A DNA stretch of 64,000 bases from Candidatus Hydrogenedentota bacterium (GCA_045863335.1 BTVY01000006.1:135336-199335); one strand, 5' to 3'. Shown: positions 26,895 to 37,629, numbered from the stretch's first letter. The notes: generated from the letters alone by a model not told the origin. A program made the numbers and translations.

Positions 26895-29800
26895 TCATTT
26901 CACCGGAGTGAACGTGATTGCGCGGAGGTCCATGAGGTAGTTGCGGGGATCGCCTACGGGACGGACGGTGATTTGCTGCGTTCCGGCGGCGAGGTGGATG
27001 GTGCCGATGTCCTTGCTGCGGTACGCGTCCCAGGTGCCGGTGCTGTCGGCGGTGGCCGATGCGACGTGTTCGCCGCAGGCGATGATGAAGGGGTTGCCGC
27101 CGTTTGCGGAATCGCATGCGTAGTCGATCGAGATCGAATACTCACTTTCGCTGGGGATGTCGACGGTCCACACCGCGCGATCGTCTTCGCTGCCCCAGTA
27201 GCCGAGGTTGTTGTGGGCCGACTCGAAGACGAGCGTGCTGCCATAGATCTCCGCGTCGCTCGCGAGAAGCGTGACGCTGCCGTCCTTCTCCGGTTCCACG
27301 GTGCGCGGATTGTTGCCGGGGAACTCCTTCGCCTCGGGCCGGAAGTCCAGGACGAAAGCGATAAGGTCGGCGATGGCCTTCACGTCGAGACCGTCTTCCA
27401 GGCCGTTTGGCATGGGGGATTGATCCGATGCCCTCAGGTTCTCAATTTCCGTGCGCAGAATTGTATTGCGTTCGCCGTTGGGACTGAGGAGGGTGACGCT
27501 ATTGCCGGACTCGGCTGCGAGCACGCCGCTGTAGCTCAGGAAATCCGTGGTCTCCACCGTGTAATCGAGATAGCGCGTTTCGACGGAGCGGTTGGGGTCC
27601 AGCACGGAAATCAAAATGTTCTCCGGCGATCGATCGGAGATGGCGGTAAGGTCCGGTCCGACGGCGTGGCCGATTTCGCCGAGACGGTGGCAGGACGCGC
27701 AACGTTCACGGAAGATGCCGCGGCCTTTCAAAAACTCGCCGCGCGTTTCGATGGCGGGCCAGAATTGCTCGACGATGGCCTGGCGATCGGGATTGACCAC
27801 GTCGGCAAAGAGGGCTAAGGCGCGTTCGCGGATATCGGCGCGCGTGTGGTTCAGCAGTTTCTGCCGTCGCGATGCATCCACTTGGCGGAGAGAAACCGTG
27901 CCGTCTTCCAAGGCCGTGACGAGGGCATCCAGCCATTCCCCGCGGCTCAGGAGAATGTCGAGAATGCGGCCGTGGATCTCCGGCGAGTCACCTTCCCATG
28001 TCGCGAGAAGCGTTTCCGGCACCCGCTCGTCCGGCCGTCCCGCGAGCGCGTCCAATGCTGCCGTGACGACGTCGCCCGGCGCCGTGGAATTGATACAAGC
28101 GCCCAGCATGGCGTAGTCGGCATCGCCGCGCTCGGGAAGGCCGCCGGCCAATCGAATTGCCGCGACACGCAGGGGCGTGCCGGCGCTGTCGTCACCGGCG
28201 AGATGTCGCGCCTCCGCAAAGAGCGGCTCGAGATCGGCGGACGTGGGTCCGCCCGCGGCCGCGATGGCATCTTGCGAGAGTCCCTGGTCTCGCAGGGCGG
28301 ACAAATAATCCGCAAGAAGGCTCAATTGCCAAGGGGCATAGCCGTCCGGCGTTGACTCGGTAATGCGGCGGGCGAGTGTGACGAGTGCGGTTGTATCCTC
28401 TGCCGCGGCGGCCATGGCGGTCATCATGGGCACGATCTGGGCGCGCGCGTCGGCGGACGTAGCTTCGCCGCGCGCCAATTGCAGCAGGGGATCGATCATG
28501 GCGTCGAGATTCCGCGCGTTTACCGAGCTCATGATAGCGGCGGTGGCGTACTCATCGGTTGCTTCTGATACTGCCATGGCGGCGAGGGTTTGGGCGGCGC
28601 GCGGTTCGTCCCAGTTGCCGATCGTGTAGATGAGCTGCATGCGCACGAAGGCGTCAGGGTCATGCTGAAGCGCGAGTGCGGCGTCTGCGACGGGCTTCGA
28701 TTTGGCGAGATAAGGCTCGCTCAGGCGTAGTGCATGACGCCGTACACCGGGATGCGAATCGCTAAGGGCGTCTGCGATCAACTTTGCGTCCAGCGCCTTC
28801 AGCCCATCCAGAACGCAGAGCGCCTGCAACCGCGCGGTGGCGGATTTGTTTTCGGCGAGCATTGTTTTCAATGGCCGAATTGCGGCGATGTCCTGCTGCT
28901 CCACAAGCCGCTGGTGCACCATGTCGCGCACGGTACCGTTGGGACTCTCCAGCATCGCGACGAGTTCGTTTGTATTCAAGGCGGTGAGATTTGGAATGGC
29001 GCGCGCGCGTTGGTCTACCGGGACGATGCGATAGATGCGGCCGCGGTCTTCGCCTGCGCGGGTGTCGATCTGCTCCTGAATTTCCGTGGGGATGTATTCG
29101 GGATGTTCGATGACTTGCCGGTACATGTCGACGATCCAGAGCGCGCCGTCGGGACCGGTGCGTGCCATGACCGGACGAAACCAGTTGTCGCTGGAGGCCA
29201 CGAACTCCGCCTCTTCCTCGCCCGGCGCGCGGTGTCCGGCGAAGGTGTGGCCCGAGGGTTCGACGACGGCACGGTGCACGAGGTTGTGGACGGGCTCGCA
29301 CACAAGCATGTTGCCCGCGAGCGCGGGTCCCAACAGCGTGTCGCGATAGACTCCCACGCCGCAGGTGGACGTCGTGCGGTTGACGTGATCGAAATCGTTG
29401 AAGCGTTGGAGCGTGCGGCTTTCCGGATATACCTGGAGTTGCGGCACGAAGTATTCGCGCGGGTTGGGCGGAGCGAAGTGGGGATTGCGGCGCATGTACC
29501 CGTCGTCGAGCGCAAAGTGCCACATGGGAAGCGAGTTCGCGCATCCGAACCAGTTTCCCCAGTCGTCGCGGACGCGACCAAATTGAGTCTGGCCGGATTG
29601 GGGATCGAGGAGGCCCTCGTCGGGCCGGATGCGGAAGTCGCGACCGCGAATGCTCACGACATCGCCGGTCTTCTCGGAGCGGATGTCGCCGCCGCCGTCG
29701 CCGTTGGCGCCGTAGACCCAGTTGTCGAGTCCCCAGCGCAGGCCGTTCACGCGATGCTGCTGGTTTGCTTCGCCGTAGCCGGAGAACAATGATTCGCGCA

Positions 29801-31988
29801 TATCGGCCCTGCCGTCGCCGTCCGTATCCTTGGCAAAGAAGATCAGTGGCGCGGCGGTAATCAACGCGCCGTCGCGCCAGGGCATGACGCCGGTGGCAAA
29901 ACCAAGTTCGTCGAGAAAGACGGTCGCCGTGTCGTAGATGCCATCGCCGTTCTCGTCTTCGAGAACCTTCACGCGGCTGCCTGCTTGACCCTCACCGTCC
30001 ATGCCCATGGGATAGTCGCGCATCTCGACGACCCAGAGTTTTCCGTCCGCGCCCCAGGCAATGGCGACGGGATCGACGACGAGGGGTTCCGCGGCGACGA
30101 GTTCCGCGCGGTACCCGGGTCGTACGTGCAGGGCAGTCAGGGAAGCCTCCGGTGATTTGGGTTGGAGCGTTACGCCGGCGAGGAGATCGTTGTAGGAGCG
30201 CCGGTCCACGAGATCGGGGAGATGATCGGTGCCTTCGTTCTGCACCCAGAGTTGGCGCGAGTGAAACCAAACGCCGTGGTTCTCGCCGTTGACCGTGATT
30301 GGCGGCAAGGGTGATTCGTGCTCCGAGCCGTCGCCGCGCGCGGCATCGAGCGCAGTAGTGGTCCACCCATTGTCTACGGTGTCGAACAGGTAGATGCCGT
30401 ATCCGTCTTCATTGGACACGACGAGGTCGTCGTCGTTGTCTTCGTCGATATCGACGAAGCGGAGTCCGCGATCGCGTCCGTCCGCATCGACGAGCCGCGC
30501 GCGCTCGGGCAAGGATGCCGGTTGCGATTGCCAGGACGAACTTTCTGTGTCCCAACGGAACAGGCTTTGGCGTTCGTCGTTCAGCACAAGCAGTTCGCAT
30601 TGGCCGTCGTGGTTGAAGTCGCGAAGGCGAGCGCCGCGATCGATGCCGGACTCCGCGGTGCGCGCATCAAACCCGGCGAGCAAGGCGGGCGCTTCTTGCC
30701 ATGCGCCGTCTGCGAATCGCCACGCGCCAGCGAGTACTTCATTGCGAACAAGGGCGACGGTTTGATCATCGATACTGCCGAAGCGGACGCCAGCGTCAAA
30801 CGTGTTGCCGTGTTCGTCCTCGTTAACGAGAGCGGTCGGAAACGGCGTTTCGGTCCACGTGCCGGACTCCTGATTCCAGATGCGGGTGATTCTTGCGGAA
30901 GCATTGCTGATGACGACGTCTTGAAACCCGTCGCGATTTACATCAAGGAGGCGAACACCGTTGTCGCCGCCCTGCGCGTTGCGGAGCGAATGTCCGCCGA
31001 ACGCATTGGTTTCGATGCGTTCCAGCACTTCGCGGAAGTTCAGAAACTTCACGCGTGCCCCGTAGCCATCCACAGCATGATCGATGAGATCGACCACCTG
31101 GTCGTTGCGAATCCAGCCGTGGGGATGAAAGACCAGCGTGTAGATGCCCTGCTTGATCACGGTCGCGTCGATGGCGGCCTTCATATCGGCCACGGATACG
31201 TCGTTGTTCGGTTCGTTGAGGTTCTGTGCTTCCCAATCGCTCGGCACCGTGCAGGGGATCTCCCAGCAGCGTCCGCCGATGATGTAGGGGTACGGGTAAT
31301 CCTCAATCGTGTTCGTGAATGCGGGGAAGGGCAGGTACTTGCGGAACCGCTCGCGCCCGTCCGCTTCGAATACGAGCGAGCGGGGCAGCGCGGGATCGTT
31401 CGGGGTGGTGATGTTGAACACGGATGAATCGATATCGAGGTATTGGCCGCCGGCCGTGGTCGCGTTGAAGATCTCGGCAAAGAAGCGGGGACTCGGCGTG
31501 TTCTGTGAATCGCAGCAGGGCGTACGAAAGGCGACCGCGTCATTGCCGGGGACATTGTTCAGCAGTTCGACACAGGAATCGTAGGTGTCCTTCGCGGTGT
31601 CGAAGTTTCCTTTCTGGAGAATGGGACAGGGGTGTGCCACGGTGTGGACACCGAGATGCACGCCTTCGTCGAGCCAGGACTGCAACTGCGGATCATCCGT
31701 TTGAACCACGCACGACATGATGCTCAACGCGGCGCGGCCGTCGACGTCCTTCAGGCGATCCAGGATTGGGCGGAGGTATTCCTCGTACTTTGCCGAATCG
31801 CGCATGTCGTCGATGGAGAGAATCACCACCGCGTTAACATCCCGTTCGCCGATCCATTGGGGCGTGGTCAACTTGGGAAAGTCACGGCCCACGTAATATG
31901 GGTCGCTCTCATCGAGGTAGGCGAAGGGATTGGCGATAGCGGCTATCGGCGTTAGGACGACGAAAAGACAGAGTACGACCGATTTCAT
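26895..31988 (-). CDS. Large secreted PVC-type heme-binding protein: polysaccharide deacetylase + FG-GAP repeats + dehydrogenase-like propeller + HEAT repeats + cytochrome c + CBM-like domain
   Basis: LSIDD, HTVAH and FRTP NodB-type motifs; DVNRDG/DFNHDG repeats; LVAAEPLVVDPVAIAW, WGLDNW and WFRPV..GPDGALW; CASCH at 27687-27701; GPDL and SPMP. Confidence 0.88.
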   Translation of the reverse strand: MKSVVLCLFVVLTPIAAIANPFAYLDESDPYYVGRDFPKLTTPQWIGERDVNAVVILSIDDMRDSAKYEEYLRPILDRLKDVDGRAALSIMSCVVQTDDPQLQSWLDEGVHLGVHTVAHPCPILQKGNFDTAKDTYDSCVELLNNVPGNDAVAFRTPCCDSQNTPSPRFFAEIFNATTAGGQYLDIDSSVFNITTPNDPALPRSLVFEADGRERFRKYLPFPAFTNTIEDYPYPYIIGGRCWEIPCTVPSDWEAQNLNEPNNDVSVADMKAAIDATVIKQGIYTLVFHPHGWIRNDQVVDLIDHAVDGYGARVKFLNFREVLERIETNAFGGHSLRNAQGGDNGVRLLDVNRDGFQDVVISNASARITRIWNQESGTWTETPFPTALVNEDEHGNTFDAGVRFGSIDDQTVALVRNEVLAGAWRFADGAWQEAPALLAGFDARTAESGIDRGARLRDFNHDGQCELLVLNDERQSLFRWDTESSSWQSQPASLPERARLVDADGRDRGLRFVDIDEDNDDDLVVSNEDGYGIYLFDTVDNGWTTTALDAARGDGSEHESPLPPITVNGENHGVWFHSRQLWVQNEGTDHLPDLVDRRSYNDLLAGVTLQPKSPEASLTALHVRPGYRAELVAAEPLVVDPVAIAWGADGKLWVVEMRDYPMGMDGEGQAGSRVKVLEDENGDGIYDTATVFLDELGFATGVMPWRDGALITAAPLIFFAKDTDGDGRADMRESLFSGYGEANQQHRVNGLRWGLDNWVYGANGDGGGDIRSEKTGDVVSIRGRDFRIRPDEGLLDPQSGQTQFGRVRDDWGNWFGCANSLPMWHFALDDGYMRRNPHFAPPNPREYFVPQLQVYPESRTLQRFNDFDHVNRTTSTCGVGVYRDTLLGPALAGNMLVCEPVHNLVHRAVVEPSGHTFAGHRAPGEEEAEFVASSDNWFRPVMARTGPDGALWIVDMYRQVIEHPEYIPTEIQEQIDTRAGEDRGRIYRIVPVDQRARAIPNLTALNTNELVAMLESPNGTVRDMVHQRLVEQQDIAAIRPLKTMLAENKSATARLQALCVLDGLKALDAKLIADALSDSHPGVRRHALRLSEPYLAKSKPVADAALALQHDPDAFVRMQLIYTIGNWDEPRAAQTLAAMAVSEATDEYATAAIMSSVNARNLDAMIDPLLQLARGEATSADARAQIVPMMTAMAAAAEDTTALVTLARRITESTPDGYAPWQLSLLADYLSALRDQGLSQDAIAAAGGPTSADLEPLFAEARHLAGDDSAGTPLRVAAIRLAGGLPERGDADYAMLGACINSTAPGDVVTAALDALAGRPDERVPETLLATWEGDSPEIHGRILDILLSRGEWLDALVTALEDGTVSLRQVDASRRQKLLNHTRADIRERALALFADVVNPDRQAIVEQFWPAIETRGEFLKGRGIFRERCASCHRLGEIGHAVGPDLTAISDRSPENILISVLDPNRSVETRYLDYTVETTDFLSYSGVLAAESGNSVTLLSPNGERNTILRTEIENLRASDQSPMPNGLEDGLDVKAIADLIAFVLDFRPEAKEFPGNNPRTVEPEKDGSVTLLASDAEIYGSTLVFESAHNNLGYWGSEDDRAVWTVDIPSESEYSISIDYACDSANGGNPFIIACGEHVASATADSTGTWDAYRSKDIGTIHLAAGTQQITVRPVGDPRNYLMDLRAITFTPVK

Positions 31989-32171
31989 AAAGACAGCATC
32001 TCCGAAGACAACCAGGGACAGTCGAAAAGTCATTCGCCCACTACGCCGCGTCTTCTACCTGACCAGGAAGACCGGCGTTTAAAGGGAGCGTTTCCTCACC
32101 GATACTACCAATGACCGGTCAGGAATGGCCAGTTGGCCATTTGAAGAGCCCCGATTCGGCAGGGACCACTC

Positions 32172-35100
32172 TCAGTCTCGCTGCACTGGTTGTTCGTCGT
32201 GACCACCATCCGCCGCAGCTTTGTCCGGCGATACGCGCTTGGGTTGCGTCATTGCGATGACCTTCCAGTAGCCGAATCCCACGATAAGCAGGACGACGCC
32301 GAGGACGGCGAAGGCGGCGACACGCTGGAACCCGCCGAGGTTCTGGGTATCGTAGATGGCCGCGCGGCCGATGGCCAGGAAGAAGATTGCCAGACCCGCG
32401 TGGCGATAGTGCTTCTGCTTCAGCAGCAGCGACAGGCCGAACAGGGTAAAGGCCAGGACGGTCCAACTGATGGTGAGATAGTAAGTGGCCAGTTGCGGTA
32501 TCCGGTGCAGCATGAGCACCAGCAACAAGGCGGCCGCGGCGGAACACAGGCCGGTGACGACTTGTGCGGCGTCCTGTATTCGCGGTTCTTTAGCCAGTTG
32601 TGCGAGCCGTTCGCAGGCCACCCAGAAGGCGGCCGAGGCCAGGAATCCGGCGATGAGCGGCTCGAGTGCGAGCCGGGAGTCGTAAGCCAGCATGATGATG
32701 GTCATCGACGCGAATGCAGCGCCCGCAATTGCGGACGCTGCCGCGGCAACGGAACGCACGCCCAACGCATAGCCGAGGAAGGCGAAGGAAACCAGGCACT
32801 CGAAGAAGGGGCGCCATTCGTCTGCCGAATAGATCCATACATAGCGGGCCATCAAGGCCCATGCGGCGACGGCGAGCACATTGCCGAAAGCAGCGGTTCT
32901 GATCTGATTGCGCAGCCACACGAAATACCGGTCACCCACGATAGCGACCGCGGTGAGTCCCCATGCGAGGCCGTGCCAGAGCGCCGGATCCGTTTCATGG
33001 GACGCGACGCCCCAGGACAGCATCGCCCAGAGTTGCAGGCCGACGGCGACGGCCGCCAATGCGCGCGGATGGAGAAGGAGGACAAGTCCGGCAGCGACGA
33101 TGGCGGCGCCGGTGAGTGCAGCTGCACTCGGCAGATAGTCATCGACCGCGTAACTCAGCAAGAGTCCCAGCGTCCAGGCTGTCGCGCCGTAAAGAAAGTA
33201 GGGCGATGGTACGAGCTGATGAAACTCGAGCCCCGCTTGCTCGGCGACCAGCCGTCGATCCGCACGTACCGCTGCGACACCGAGCGCCAATACGCCAAGC
33301 GCAAGGGCGAGTTCATGCTCGGGCTTGCTCATGGTGATTTCCGCGGAGCCCATGGCGAGCGCCGCGGCCACCCCCACGATCGCTGTAAGCCCGAAGGGTT
33401 TCGCGCGGAGGACTGCTGCCAGAATCGTCAGAAGTAGGGCGATTACGCCCATCGTCGCGAAGCGATGACCATTTTCGGCCAGAAATAGCGACACCAGTAA
33501 GGCCATGGCAACGCCTGCGAGGGCGTAGGTATACGGAAAGAGCAGGCCATCGACCGGCTTCTGTGCATGCTTGCGGGTAGCCGGTGCGCTGCGCAGGAGA
33601 TCGAGTTGCCAGAGCAACAGGTGGGTGTCGGGATTCAACGAGGGCCATTCAGGACTGCGGGACGACCAGTCCGTGCGCTGGTACAACTGCGAAGCGGCGA
33701 AGAAGCCGATGGCCGCCAGCGCCGCGGGAATCAGGTGGCGAAGGTAGCCTTCGTCCGCGTAGCTCATGGCGCCGGCGTCGACGATCGCCATCGTGCCCTG
33801 AATGAAGGTCAGGGCCGCGACGGCGAAGGCCAGCAGGCGCGAAACCACAAGCCCGGAGCGCCGGGCCGAGTAGAGGAGCGCAACCATCTCCACCGCGAGG
33901 AACGCGGTCAAGGTGTTGCCTTCGTAAATCGTGGCGATGCCCAGGGTCGCCATGGCGACGGCCTTGGTCATGTAAACGTTGAACAGCGGATCGCGGGCGC
34001 GCAACCGCAGGTACCCGATTCCAATGGCGAATAGCACGACCGCGAAGATCAGGCGGAACCAATCCTGGTGTCCCTGGCTCGCGTCGAAGTGATCGACGGT
34101 GAGGGTGCCGAGAATCAGAAAACATGCCGAGTTGGCGGTGACGTACGCGTTGCGGAACCAGAGCGGGATCTTCGTGCGCCGCAGATCCTCGGGGGCGAAG
34201 AGTTCCGCAAGCGCGAAGATAAGGAAATAGCCGGACAGGACGGCCATGGTCAGACAGAAGTCTTGCAGCGTGTTCCCGCCCTGAACGGTGAGCGCCCAGA
34301 ATGCATGGTTCAGGTAACTGCCGGCGAGGCCGAGCACCGCGACGTAGTACCAGCGGTTTTGCAGAAGGAAGAAGGCGCTGCCGGCGCTGAGGAACAATAC
34401 CCCTACGACGGAGTACCGTGCGATGTCACCGGATGCCCAGATGGCCAGGGCGATGGTGAGATGGCCCAAGAGGGTTACCAGGGTCGCCATGAGCCGGGAT
34501 CGGCGCATCTGGGCGATGAAGGCCCAGATGCCGACTACGACGGCGAGCAATGTCAAAGCCACAGGCGTGCTCGTGATGACGCGCGCGGGCTCGATGTAGT
34601 GGGCCGCGAAGGTGACGAAGTAACTGAGGGCGAATCCGCCGCTGTAGAGCACGCGGGCGTAGGCCCGGTACCTGGATTCCAGCCATCGGCCCAAGCCAAG
34701 CAATCCCGCGCAAACGAGGTATCCGGCGCCGACGCGGGTGATGGGTGTCGAGTACCTCGCCGCGAGCACCAGCGTGAATACGATGGCGACCGTCAGCAGG
34801 ACGATGCCGATGCGCGGGAAGATGTACGAGATCAGGAAAGCTTCCCAGCCTTCTTCCGCAATGCGCCGTTGAATGGCGGATTGCGTTCTTTCGGCGGAGG
34901 GGATCTTCGCCGCGACGCGTTTGAGGGTGTCCGGCTTTGGTTCCGGCTTGGGTATGGGAGGAACGGGCGGTCGTGGCGCAACCGTTTCCTGTTTTACGAA
35001 GGACTGCATCGGCGGCAGGGGCGGCGGCTCCGCCACCTTGAGTGGGATATCCTGAAGTTCGGGTTGCTGACTTTGCGCCAGATTGTCCAGGCGGGTTTCG

Positions 35101-35198
35101 CGCTCTAACCCCTCGAGCCGGCGCTTCAGGACGTCGGCCTGCTCCAGCAGCGAGTCCAGGTCGCGCCGCAGTCTTTTCAGTTCGTCATCCTGAGCCAT
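32172..35198 (-). CDS. DUF2339-like large polytopic membrane protein
   Basis: N-terminal coiled coil, Pro-rich linker, WEAFL...RIG, more than 20 TM segments, C-terminal YD......RVAAF..LG..LL. Confidence 0.8.
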   Translation of the reverse strand: MAQDDELKRLRRDLDSLLEQADVLKRRLEGLERETRLDNLAQSQQPELQDIPLKVAEPPPLPPMQSFVKQETVAPRPPVPPIPKPEPKPDTLKRVAAKIPSAERTQSAIQRRIAEEGWEAFLISYIFPRIGIVLLTVAIVFTLVLAARYSTPITRVGAGYLVCAGLLGLGRWLESRYRAYARVLYSGGFALSYFVTFAAHYIEPARVITSTPVALTLLAVVVGIWAFIAQMRRSRLMATLVTLLGHLTIALAIWASGDIARYSVVGVLFLSAGSAFFLLQNRWYYVAVLGLAGSYLNHAFWALTVQGGNTLQDFCLTMAVLSGYFLIFALAELFAPEDLRRTKIPLWFRNAYVTANSACFLILGTLTVDHFDASQGHQDWFRLIFAVVLFAIGIGYLRLRARDPLFNVYMTKAVAMATLGIATIYEGNTLTAFLAVEMVALLYSARRSGLVVSRLLAFAVAALTFIQGTMAIVDAGAMSYADEGYLRHLIPAALAAIGFFAASQLYQRTDWSSRSPEWPSLNPDTHLLLWQLDLLRSAPATRKHAQKPVDGLLFPYTYALAGVAMALLVSLFLAENGHRFATMGVIALLLTILAAVLRAKPFGLTAIVGVAAALAMGSAEITMSKPEHELALALGVLALGVAAVRADRRLVAEQAGLEFHQLVPSPYFLYGATAWTLGLLLSYAVDDYLPSAAALTGAAIVAAGLVLLLHPRALAAVAVGLQLWAMLSWGVASHETDPALWHGLAWGLTAVAIVGDRYFVWLRNQIRTAAFGNVLAVAAWALMARYVWIYSADEWRPFFECLVSFAFLGYALGVRSVAAAASAIAGAAFASMTIIMLAYDSRLALEPLIAGFLASAAFWVACERLAQLAKEPRIQDAAQVVTGLCSAAAALLLVLMLHRIPQLATYYLTISWTVLAFTLFGLSLLLKQKHYRHAGLAIFFLAIGRAAIYDTQNLGGFQRVAAFAVLGVVLLIVGFGYWKVIAMTQPKRVSPDKAAADGGHDEQPVQRD

Positions 35199-35278
35199 CG
35201 GACCGTCCTCTCAACCGTTTTGGGGGAATGCCCCGAGACCGCACGCCGAACTATCAACAATCAAATGGTATCACATAA

Positions 35279-35304
35279 AACAATTTGATTACAAACAAAT
35301 TGTT
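35279..35304. promoter_or_regulatory. Putative regulator-binding inverted repeat in AT-rich divergent promoter region
   Basis: AACAATTTG-N8-CAAATTGTT between divergent DUF2339 and HD-GYP genes. Confidence 0.45.
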
Positions 35305-35439
35305 GAATTGTGCTGTAACCCGCTGTAAATCATGGCATAACGCGATTCCGCGAAACTAGTTAATGCAGTGAAAATGTGGGAATCTTTGCGTATTGCGTCT
35401 CGATTCTGTTAGCATCGGCCCAAGTGTGAGAGACCCCGC

Positions 35440-36606
35440 ATGCGAGTTGTCAAAGTAGATTCCCTGGAACCCGGATCCGTCGTCGGCAAGTCCTTGCTCG
35501 ACGACCGGGGTCAAACCCTGCTTCACGCAGGAGTAGTCCTTTCGGAAAAGTACATCGACACGCTCAAGGAAAAAGGATACACCCACCTCTACATCAATGA
35601 CGAGGGCTGCGACCTCAACGTGGCGCCGGAAGACGAGCTGAGCCCCATCGTCCGTGCTCGGGCCCTGAACACGATGCGGGAGGTCTTCGAGTCCATCGAG
35701 CAAGAACTCCCCACCGTCAAAACGTTTACCTACGACGACATCAAACGTTTCTGCGCGTCGGACGTGGTGAAGGATCTCATGGGCGAGGACGGCCCGATGA
35801 AATCGCTCCTGGCCTGTGTGGATTCCATTCTCGACGAAGTGCTTACCCGGAGCACGCTGGCCGGATTAACGTCGCTGAAGTCCGACGACACCCGATTGTA
35901 CGCCCACTCCATCGACGTGTGCATTGTGGCCATCATGATTGGCCAGTACATCGGCATGAACAGCGTGCGGATGAAGCAACTGGCAACCGGATGTCTGTTG
36001 CACGACATCGGAAAGATCTTTCTCGACAAGGCGACCGGCGAGCGGAACTCCATCAAACTGCATACCGTGTTGGGATACGAATTGCTGCGCAACAGCGACG
36101 ACCCGGACATCCTGGCGCCGCACGTGGCCTACCAACATCACGAACATCAGGACGGCACCGGGCTGCCGCGGGGGCTCGTCGGTAGCAACACCATCGAGCG
36201 CAACCGGAACCTGCCGCCGCCGGTTCCTGCGCTGATCGGCGAGATCGCCGCAGTCGCCAACACCTACGACAATCTGCTCAACGGTGTTCACGACAAGGTG
36301 CCGCTCACGCCCGACCGCGCACTGAACCGGATTCGAGGCTGGGCGGGCACGCGTCTGAATCGCGAGGTCGTGAACGCGTTTCTGCGCGTGGTGCCGGTAT
36401 ACCCCATCGGCGTAGACGTAATCATCGAAGGCGGCGTGTTCAACGGGTGCCAGGCCATCGTCACCGACGTGACGCAACAGGCGCTGGATCGACCGCGTGT
36501 TGCGGTATACCGCGATGCGTCGGGGCGTCTAGTCGAACCCTTTGAATTCGACCTGAATGCAGTCGATGACGAGGAGGTGACGCTGCGCGCCAAGCCGCCC
36601 GCGTGA
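35440..36606 (+). CDS. HD-GYP domain protein (degenerate motifs)
   Basis: HSIDV, LLHDIGK and HHEHQDGTGLP (GYP reads GLP); AVANTYD in place of AxADxYD. Confidence 0.85.
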   Translation: MRVVKVDSLEPGSVVGKSLLDDRGQTLLHAGVVLSEKYIDTLKEKGYTHLYINDEGCDLNVAPEDELSPIVRARALNTMREVFESIEQELPTVKTFTYDDIKRFCASDVVKDLMGEDGPMKSLLACVDSILDEVLTRSTLAGLTSLKSDDTRLYAHSIDVCIVAIMIGQYIGMNSVRMKQLATGCLLHDIGKIFLDKATGERNSIKLHTVLGYELLRNSDDPDILAPHVAYQHHEHQDGTGLPRGLVGSNTIERNRNLPPPVPALIGEIAAVANTYDNLLNGVHDKVPLTPDRALNRIRGWAGTRLNREVVNAFLRVVPVYPIGVDVIIEGGVFNGCQAIVTDVTQQALDRPRVAVYRDASGRLVEPFEFDLNAVDDEEVTLRAKPPA

Positions 36607-36621
36607 ACCAATGCGGCAGAT

Positions 36622-37629
36622 CTACTCAGGTCCGGCTGGTACTCTCAACCGCATGAAAAACTCCCGCTCCACGTCGTCCAACTGATCGAAAAGGCGGCCT
36701 TCTTCCGGGCGCATGTCGAAGGAACGCCGCGGCCGCTCATCGGGCACCTTATCGTCGTGGCGAACGCTGCCGTTGTGGAAACACCATCCCGCCGCGCCGC
36801 CGTCCCGCGCCTCCTGCAAATCCGTGAGAAAATCCTCGGCCGTCGGTGGGTAGTAGCCATAGCCCCGGCGGAAGGGTTCCTGGTAATGGACCGGCACGAC
36901 GCGGGCGGCTTGTCTCATGTTCTCCAGGTATTCCCGGGTCTTCTCCGCCGTCTCATGGGGCGAGTCCTTCCCCCGGGGCCGGTGCGGGCAGATAAAGTCC
37001 ACGCCGCCTTCGTTGATGAGCCGGATGACGTCCTCCCGCGAAATGTCGCCGCCGTCAGACGCGGTGCACAGCCGGTCTGGATCGATGGCCTTCACGGCGC
37101 GGATCAACTCCGCCACCTCCGCCATGGGCACGTGACGCGCGTCTCCGACGTTCCGTTCGTTCCCGATGTCGAAATAGACGTTGCGGAAAGGAAGCAGTTC
37201 CTTTGCCAGCGTCTGCATGACGGCCAGGTGCTCGGTCTGGTTGCTGGGAAAATCGGGAGGGTCGCCTCGCGTGACGGTGACATCGACGACCATGCCTCGC
37301 TGCCCCGTGAGGCGGCACAGACGCTTGAGACACGCCATGTACGGATCGCGCGGGGAACCGTCGGGCGCAACGGCGGATACATTGTTTTCAAAATAGTTCC
37401 AGGTTACCCAAACCCGGATCCAATTGAACCCGTGGGCGCGCAGGTCGTCAAGATCGCGAATGATCGGTTCGACGTTATCTACGCCGAGCGCTCCGTAGTA
37501 GCTGCACCCGAGCAGAAACGCAGGCTGACCGTCGATCAGAATATGCGTATCCTGAACCGACAATGCGGCTCCCTGGGGAAAATGGCCCACGGCCGAAAAG
37601 GCTAGCAACGAGAACAGCAAGGCAGGCAT
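36622..37629 (-). CDS. Secreted TIM-barrel glycoside hydrolase (clan GH-A, GH5-like)
   Basis: Signal peptide; GFNWIRVW, DIGNE (acid/base) and HYQEP (nucleophile); start at ATG 37629. Confidence 0.65.
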   Translation of the reverse strand: MPALLFSLLAFSAVGHFPQGAALSVQDTHILIDGQPAFLLGCSYYGALGVDNVEPIIRDLDDLRAHGFNWIRVWVTWNYFENNVSAVAPDGSPRDPYMACLKRLCRLTGQRGMVVDVTVTRGDPPDFPSNQTEHLAVMQTLAKELLPFRNVYFDIGNERNVGDARHVPMAEVAELIRAVKAIDPDRLCTASDGGDISREDVIRLINEGGVDFICPHRPRGKDSPHETAEKTREYLENMRQAARVVPVHYQEPFRRGYGYYPPTAEDFLTDLQEARDGGAAGWCFHNGSVRHDDKVPDERPRRSFDMRPEEGRLFDQLDDVEREFFMRLRVPAGPE

